This document shows positions 56,206-64,000 of a stretch of DNA of 64,000 nucleotides, piece after piece; position 1 is the stretch's first letter, and each line of letters begins with the position of its first letter. The notes beneath the pieces were generated by a model. That model did not search any database. It saw only the letters and a list, made by a program, of their open reading frames with translations, and was not told where the DNA came from. Origin of the DNA: Octopus vulgaris (Eukaryota); the NCBI GenBank assembly GCA_951406725.2, contig OX597832.1:15500001-15564000 (forward strand), read 5' to 3'. The translations under genes were made by a program, and so were the position numbers.

Positions 56206-58383
56206 CTTTTGTCTTGGATACCAATTCGATGTTGCTTTTAAGGCAGAATAATCGGTGTCATTTTTTCATCCGAGCCTTCCATATAATCTATGGGATACCG
56301 ATCGGAGAAATAAGATGCCAATAAATTTAGACCCGTGAACTCGGAGAAATCCATCGATAACCACGAGTGTTATATGTAACAGAATATATGGAAAGGGACG
56401 AAATCGCCTCGCCTCACTTATAAACTTTACAGTACCAGACATATTGAGGCAGGGATTGACCACAGTTTTCACCAGCTTCAAATAGACGGACGTCTGAATT
56501 ACGTATACAGCCTTGTTCAAAGATGCGTCCATAAAACAATGCTTGCATGCGCAGTCATAACAACAGTTGAAACCATTTTTTGTATCTTTCTACATGCTGT
56601 CTGATCTTACATAGTTTACAGTGTTTTCAGGAGACTGAGCCATATTCACGATTTTGGCATTTCCATAAACGGCGCGTATTATCATGGTAAACCTGACGCT
56701 TTTCTGGTATTAAGAAGACTTCCAGACCTGGATGTAAGCTATATTTTCCAAACTACAGCATTCGACATTATGAATTCCAACGCCGTTGAATGTTCAGCAA
56801 TGTACCAATATCTGCTGGAAAAAATGGGAACAAAAATCGCTAATTTTAACCCCAACTACGTACATTTGTATGTGTACAGGCACGCCCGTGTGTGTGTGGG
56901 TAAGTTTGTGGACGATGGAATCAGAGAGACGAGATATAAAGATGAAAACAAATGTATAAATTTTGTACCGACATATGTTCCACGTTTTTGACTGGAAGGG
57001 ACACTTCCAAGAATGCTGAAACTGAAATTGGTTGCTGATACACTACGGATCACCTGGGCAGACTTTCTTTGATTGTGTTAAACATAAATAATATCTAGAT
57101 TTGCATACATCTCAAGACATTTTCTAAATATCTTGAGAGGAAATTAAGAAACATGCAATTGGTAGAGATCGATAAGGAAGTATTAAGAAACAAGTAAAGT
57201 TGGTGACATAAAAGGCAGACAATATGGCTTTATAGAGAATAATGAGGAAAATATAAAGTGAAACAAAACCGAAAAGAGAAAAGAGAAATAAAGAAAAAAG
57301 GAGGGACAAAGAACAAAACAGGAAATAAGTTGGAGATACAAGTGAAGTATAAAGATATATGTCAACAGCATAAATTGAGTGAGGTAAATATATAAATTTA
57401 CTGAAGGATATAGAAGTGCATATGGAGTAGAGAATGAGAGTACATGAGATGGAAGGTGAGCGAGAAAGAGTGAGAGAGAGAAAGAGAGAGAGAGGTAAAT
57501 CAGGTGAAACAGTTGAGGACAAAAGAGGTCTGAAATTTACCGCAAATACAGATATATATGTAAGTGTGAATAGTTCTTGCCCTCACACAGAATAGGCGTT
57601 CGAATGTTCTTTTACATATTTCAAAAAAGTCCGATCTAATTGACACAGCGTTTTTAGATACTATAGTAGGTTCATACAAAGTTACTCAGGTAAGTAAACA
57701 TGCACAATATATACATAGATGAATATTTACACACATACAGACATAAACACACACACACATATATATATTTATATATATATATATACATATATATATCCAT
57801 GAATATATATGTGTGTGTGTGTGTGTGTGTGCACAAATATATATGTACAAATACTATGGAATTATGAAATACTTTCTAAGCATTCTCTTGGCACGCCAGG
57901 CTAACAATACTATTTAGATTAGTGAAGAACTGCCAGTAATATTTTAGTAATGTTCCACACTATGGTTCATCACGGTTCTATATCGAAACATCGTTGATGG
58001 GCTTCAGACGTACTATGCTTACGGTGTGGTGTATAAGTAACAAGTTTAAAATGGTGGGCATTGCATATAATTCGTGTAATATGGACATTGCTATGTAAGT
58101 TAACTCAACTAGTATATTGATCATTTGAGGTAAATTGGATGAACTCAGACAACTAATGCCCTAACGGAGGTGGCATTAATTTTCTTAGGCCGTGTAATTT
58201 ACCACATTTCACAAAGCAATAGCTTGTTTCAGTAAAATATTCGTGAATGTAAATCTAATGACTAGTAGGAACAGCTGTAAGGGAAGGTTGCTCCCAGGAG
58301 GGAATTGTATGTAATGCACATTGTATACAACTGGTTTCTTACGAGTACATATACATACATACATACATATATTCATATGTATG

Positions 58384-58425
<42 letters not shown>

Positions 58426-58429
58426 CATG

Positions 58430-58488
<59 letters not shown>

Positions 58489-58507
58489 ACATATATATGT
58501 AAACATG

Positions 58508-58586
<79 letters not shown>

Positions 58587-60956
58587 ATTATTATATATAT
58601 GTATATAAGAATCTAAATACGTTACCGAAAAAGGTACTAACTAATGAAAATTGAACACGTATATTTATAAACATTTAAATATGCCATGTTGGCATAACAG
58701 CAGATTTATGTCGGTGCCTTTCGTAATGCAATAATTATCTCCAATGAAAACTTTACTATAACATAAAAGTTATCATTCCTAAGATAAGAAATAATGTAAT
58801 CTAATACTTTGAATATATTCCAAGAGATGTAACGTAAAATAGAATGTGCTTATTGTCTGAAAACTTATGGGATATTAGCACTTTACGAAGAAGTGTACTT
58901 TTGTAATTTTATCAGCGAGTATTTGCTATGATTTTCGTCTGAAATATTCTAATCCCGAATAAACGTCGAATCAGGCAACACAATGCATTATGAAGTTGTA
59001 AACTTTGCTCCATTCTTCTTATGACGAAATTGATATCAGCGATCTACAAATACGATATGCATATATTGCAGAGGCATTTATCTTACAACGTGAGGGATTA
59101 CGATTAGGTCTCATAAATAATAAAGTACACACAGAGGTGTCTTTTGGCAGTGTCATCCGATCAAATCAAATGACTGTAACAATTCTGATATGGTTTTCAA
59201 ACAAGGTTTGTCCAAAATTTCACAGAATTAATATGCATCGAAACTGAAAGATTACGTTATTCTCAAAGACATTTTAAAGATTGTTAAGGTTAGATCAAGT
59301 AGGAAAGATTTATGCATGGTGAGAGAGCTTTAATCCGTGGAGTCCACATCAACATATTCTGTGTGTAGAAATCTAATTCTCGGAATTTAAGGCACATGAC
59401 TGTTACCATTGAATGTGTATAGTATTTTAGACAATATGTGTATGTAAAAACCAAAATAGCTCAAACGGACTTGTATTTAACACTAGTAACCATTCCAAAG
59501 GCATAAATAGTAATCATCTAAGTCAATAAAAATACGAAATTTATTCCTGCGCCGGCACTATTTAATAACAAGCAAATTTTATGCCAGTTTAAAATGTTTA
59601 CGTCTATCAATTAAGTTATCTTTAACATTATTTTTGATAGTTTGATGGAAAATTGCAGCAAGTATCTCTTTTCTTAAATTTAGAATTATGCATATTTCTG
59701 CTTCCTAATTCAGTTTGAGTTTAAAAAGCCACGTTATGTTTCATGGAAATTTGCAATTTGTTAAAAACTTTGTGCGTAGTTATCCGGTTAAACATAAGTC
59801 ACTCCGTGAAAAAACAACGAATATCGTTTTTCGCTTCGTAGCATTGATATGATCTCCAACGTGCTTCATTTCTCAGTATTCACAATCATGGACATGTCCT
59901 TAGAATAAATATTCGCCTTATGATCGTAAGGTGAGTACTTCGTTTCACGGCGCACATTGTGTCTTTCAGCAATACAGTTTGTCTTCTGTTTCTTCCGTCC
60001 ACTGATTTGGAAAACATGAGTAGTACGTGTATGTGATAGGGTCAATCTTTATACATGTTGTGTCACACTGAACAAGCAATAAGGGTATACCTGCCTGTGG
60101 ATCGCGTATTTGTTTGCCTTGTGTGAGCATGTGACTCAATGACTTTCGTATGTCAGCAATAAACCTACGTGTGGGTATGTATTACCGCATTATACATAGT
60201 GTGCATCATGGGCTTTCAAACTTTACGACAGCAGTGTAAAATTTTACGCAGTATCGAGAATAGTTCTTATTTAGAAATTTATTATGACGCATATTAATGG
60301 TTTCATATTTGTCGTAGTTTTAACACTAGCTATTGAACATTTTCTAGATTCCGAATATTTGTACTAGGTTAAGGCATAAGTCAAATGATATTCATAAATG
60401 TTGTATTATCAGCATATGTGGTTTTGATTATTGTTCACATGATATGCCATCTGCGGATTTGAATAGTTTATGCTATGATACAAATGTCTTATCAATTAAA
60501 CAGAATTACTTGGTAGAATTCTACAATTTTAACGATAAATTTAAGTATTATAAAATACAACATTCGCCAATTTAGCGTTACATTTCGCTGCAATCCATGG
60601 ATTAGAAACACTCACAAAGAATCAGGGAGTTCACTCCTTAGATATGATAAGTTGTAGTAGCAAAGATATTGATTGAATTTGCTCTTTCCTTTAAGTGGAG
60701 ACAAATTACCATTATCGGTAATGCACACATATCAGTCTCTCTTCTTTAAGTAATATCCAGAAACATTGGATTGATGCAGTGTTATACGAGAATAAAAGGA
60801 AGTATTTATAGAAGAAATGGCAAGTGTAATAGCAAGAAAAAAAAATTGGTACTCAGAACAAATCCTATTTAACATTAAATGCGCATAGATGACGTTGACA
60901 CATACGAATGTATATAAATATGTCACCATTACTACAAGGGTTATAGAGATACATAC

Positions 60957-61013
<57 letters not shown>

Positions 61014-61048
61014 CATATATACATCTTAATATTATATATGTATGTTTT

Positions 61049-61085
<37 letters not shown>

Positions 61086-61294
61086 GCACATACTAATACA
61101 TATATTTGTATTCATGTATGTATATGTGTATGTATAAATATGTATATATGCATACATATATTTGTGTATGCATATACATATATCTAAACACACATATACA
61201 AGTACACAACATTTATATATAAATATATATATAAATATATTTAAATATATACATATATATAGATATATATGTATATATTTATTTATGTATATAA

Positions 61295-61409
<115 letters not shown>

Positions 61410-62348
61410 ATATGTAGGGATACATATATACATATATGTATATATGCAGGGAGACAAAGTGACACGGACTGAGAGGGAGAGAAAGAGAGAGAAAGATAGT
61501 GGTGGAGGAACATGAAGTGGGGCGCATATACAATGTTAAATCCCATTATCGAAGTATATAATAGCGACATTATCAATATCGACATTCTATTTTATGTCTT
61601 TTTCCAATACCATTATTTTCTTTATATAGCAATTGTCACCTTAAATTGTCATCACATACGACTTTAACTCTAGGAAATCTTTTCCTGGACGTGTATGTCA
61701 TTATTATCATCAACCTAATTGTGGATATCTGTAATTACAAATGTGAGGTTGGCGCACAAGATTACTTTTAATGCGGTAATATTAGAGAAGAAATGAAATA
61801 AAAGGAATATATAATTGTATTCTCCAGCAAGTGAACTAAAATATTTTCTTATTTTAGTGCTCTTTGGTTACCTTGTCTAATCCACCACAGAGTAAGGGCG
61901 TCGGTTTCCGTTAGTTTTAGGAAATCGCCGCGCTAATTTGATTGTAAGTTCCACATAGATAGGATTTACTCTTGACGCGTTCTGAGCCCTCTACACCGGA
62001 TATTCACTATTGCATATTTTTTTTTTATTACAGCTTACTTCTCAACGACAAGTTTCAGGTAGGAACCTTGACCAAGTGTCATTAACTGTATCCTCAGTCC
62101 AGCCAAGAGGTTGTTATTGTACTTCGCACAAGGAAACTGAAATTGGAAAGTTGTATATATATATATATATAGATAAGAAAGTTTGTTTGGTAAAGCACGT
62201 GGGTGAATATATAAGAAAATAGTAAAGTGTGAAAAAACGACAGAAGGCTTAAATGTTAAAAAATATATATATTTGTGTCAAAATGTCTGGAGAATATTGG
62301 AAAAATTTTTTTCCCTTTCCTTAAAATGACATAATTTTAAAATTTTTA

Positions 62349-62388
62349 AAGAAATTACCGGTTTCGCGTGTAGCTTTTCAAATTTCTT
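62349..62388 (-). ncRNA. Minimal hammerhead ribozyme, U3-A8 core variant, in the PLE 3' region
   Basis: AAGAAAT-TTGAAAA-GC-tacac-GC-GAAA-CCGG-TA-ATTTCTT: perfect 7-bp stem I, in sense orientation to the ORF. Confidence 0.75.
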
Positions 62389-62524
62389 GTGACGTTATGT
62401 TTATATTGCATGGAATTATCGTTGTTTTTATTTCCAGGAGATTTCTAAATAAGGGGAGGTAGTGAGTGATTTTTTCCGGTGTAGGGGAGATAATCGCTTA
62501 AAAAATTTTTTTCCCATTTCCTTG

Positions 62525-63916
62525 TTAATTTCTCTGTGTCAGTATGTTCGGATGGTTGAGTCTGGGTTTGTACTTTTCAATGAAGAATGTTTCCTTGTTC
62601 AGTCTCATTTGTGTTGATGATCCGAAAGCACATTGGTAAAATGGGAAGATTAAAAATTGTGGCAGTAGTTGCTTTGCGCATTTCTCAATGTGCTCACTAA
62701 AAGGTATCATTCTATATTCTGGGAATGCAATCTGTTGTCGATGCAGTGTGCATCTGCGCCTGAGTGATAGTCCCGTGGAACCCACGTAGTCTTGGTGGCA
62801 GCCCGAGCATTTAATAACATAAATTATGTTTTCAGAGGCACAAGTAAAGTTAGATTTGATCTTAAATTTCTGTCCCTCTTTAAAGAAGAATTCTGATCCT
62901 TCCAATAGGTTAGGACATGTTGCACAGTTCGATCTACCACATTTTTTTACTTTTGCATCCGTAATTTTAGAAGACAGTTTTGCCTTTGTGAGAATCTTTT
63001 TAAGTGATTTAGGCTGTTTGTAGCTTTTAATGATTTGGTGTATGTTTAGAATTTCCTTTAATTTTGGGTTTTTATGAAGTATTGGTAAATTCTGGGTGAT
63101 GATGGTGAAGGCTTCTTTGTTTCTGGGGTTGTATGTAGATATGTAAGGTAGTATTTTCGGGGAAGGTGTGTTGTTGTGTTGAACTTTTCTTAAAGTTTCT
63201 ATGTTGATTTCTGTTGCACGTCTGATCCCATCCTCTATGAGTTGAGCTGGGTAATGTCTGTCAATTAGGGTGTTTTTGAGTTCTTGCAGTCTAAAGTTCC
63301 TGGTATTTTGTTCTGACACTATTGTGCATATCCTTCTTGCAAGGTTGAAGGGGATGTTTGTTTTAGTGTGTCTTGGGTGGCATGAATTAAAAAGAAGGTA
63401 TTGTTTGGCGTCTGTGGCTTTGTAAAAAATGTCTGTTTCTATTTTAAGGTTAATTTTTTTAATTAGTATATCCAAGAACGGGAGCTCCTTTTGGTTGTAT
63501 TCCATTGTGAACTGTATATTTGGGTTTATGCTGTTCAATAGGTTTTTAAATTTTAGGAGTTTATCTATGTTTTCATTCCAGAGAATGAAACAATCGTCTA
63601 GGAATCGTTTCCAATTCTCTTTTATGTATTGAGAGAGGGAGTTTCCAAAGATTGATAGAGATTCCTGGTAAATGATTATTTCCATGTATCCCATTGTTAA
63701 GTTCGCAATGACTGGTGCTGCCCTTGTACCCATAGCAATTCCGGATTTTTGACGGTAAAATGTATTGTCAAACATGAAGTGGTTATTGTGTAGGATGAAT
63801 TCAATTGATTTAGTAATGAATTCCTTACTGATCCTTTTTGGTATTTCTTCCGGAAATTGGTCTAACCAGAATTGTATTGCCTCCAGTCCATAATTATGAG
63901 GTATACTGGTATACAA
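62525..63916 (-). CDS. PLE reverse transcriptase / GIY-YIG endonuclease polyprotein (partial; homology continues upstream)
   Basis: Motifs (LVSFDVVN)LYTSIP, GIAMGT, RFLDDCF, LPFLDI, YKATD..QYL.FNSCHP, the CGRSNCATC linker, and NIIYVIKCSGC..DYVGSTG..LRRR..LH...E..FI....P.LN. Confidence 0.93.
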   Translation of the reverse strand: MYTSIPHNYGLEAIQFWLDQFPEEIPKRISKEFITKSIEFILHNNHFMFDNTFYRQKSGIAMGTRAAPVIANLTMGYMEIIIYQESLSIFGNSLSQYIKENWKRFLDDCFILWNENIDKLLKFKNLLNSINPNIQFTMEYNQKELPFLDILIKKINLKIETDIFYKATDAKQYLLFNSCHPRHTKTNIPFNLARRICTIVSEQNTRNFRLQELKNTLIDRHYPAQLIEDGIRRATEINIETLRKVQHNNTPSPKILPYISTYNPRNKEAFTIITQNLPILHKNPKLKEILNIHQIIKSYKQPKSLKKILTKAKLSSKITDAKVKKCGRSNCATCPNLLEGSEFFFKEGQKFKIKSNFTCASENIIYVIKCSGCHQDYVGSTGLSLRRRCTLHRQQIAFPEYRMIPFSEHIEKCAKQLLPQFLIFPFYQCAFGSSTQMRLNKETFFIEKYKPRLNHPNILTQRN

Positions 63917-64000
63917 GTTGACTACATCAAATGAAACCAGGATTGTTTCTTCCTTGGTTTTTTTTTGGAAGGTGGTTTAACATATCTAAGTCATCTCTGA

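Larger units (their letters stand above)
62172..64000 (-). mobile_element. Penelope-like retroelement (Neptune-like), running off the window edge
   Basis: An RT + GIY-YIG ORF is followed by about 350 bp of 3' region containing a hammerhead. It ends at a (TA)n run. Confidence 0.92.

Noticed and set aside
56266-56800. GC-richer stretch with an 88-aa ORF, possibly a transposase remnant
   Set aside because: No diagnostic motif that I can support by eye.

Overview
AT-rich eukaryotic DNA dense in microsatellites, with no recognisable host protein-coding exon. The SINE families look like those of Octopus, so a cephalopod source is inferred. The window is mostly mobile-element debris: RTE, R4/Dong-like and CR1 LINE remnants, several tRNA-derived SINE families, an intron-containing Tc1-like remnant, and foldback/MITE-like elements. 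At the right edge is a near-intact Penelope-like element (PLE; RT + GIY-YIG, Neptune-like Cys linker). The main hidden signal is about a dozen minimal type-I hammerhead ribozyme (HHR) motifs read by eye. One lies in the 3' region of the PLE. The others lie in short non-coding elements of several unrelated sequence families, often inverted-repeat, mostly inserted into (TA)n tracts. They include U3-A8 and other core variants, and a head-to-head element joining a tRNA-like Pol III head to a hammerhead tail around telomeric repeats. Coordinates were read manually and may be off by a few bases; ribozyme activity is predicted, not demonstrated.
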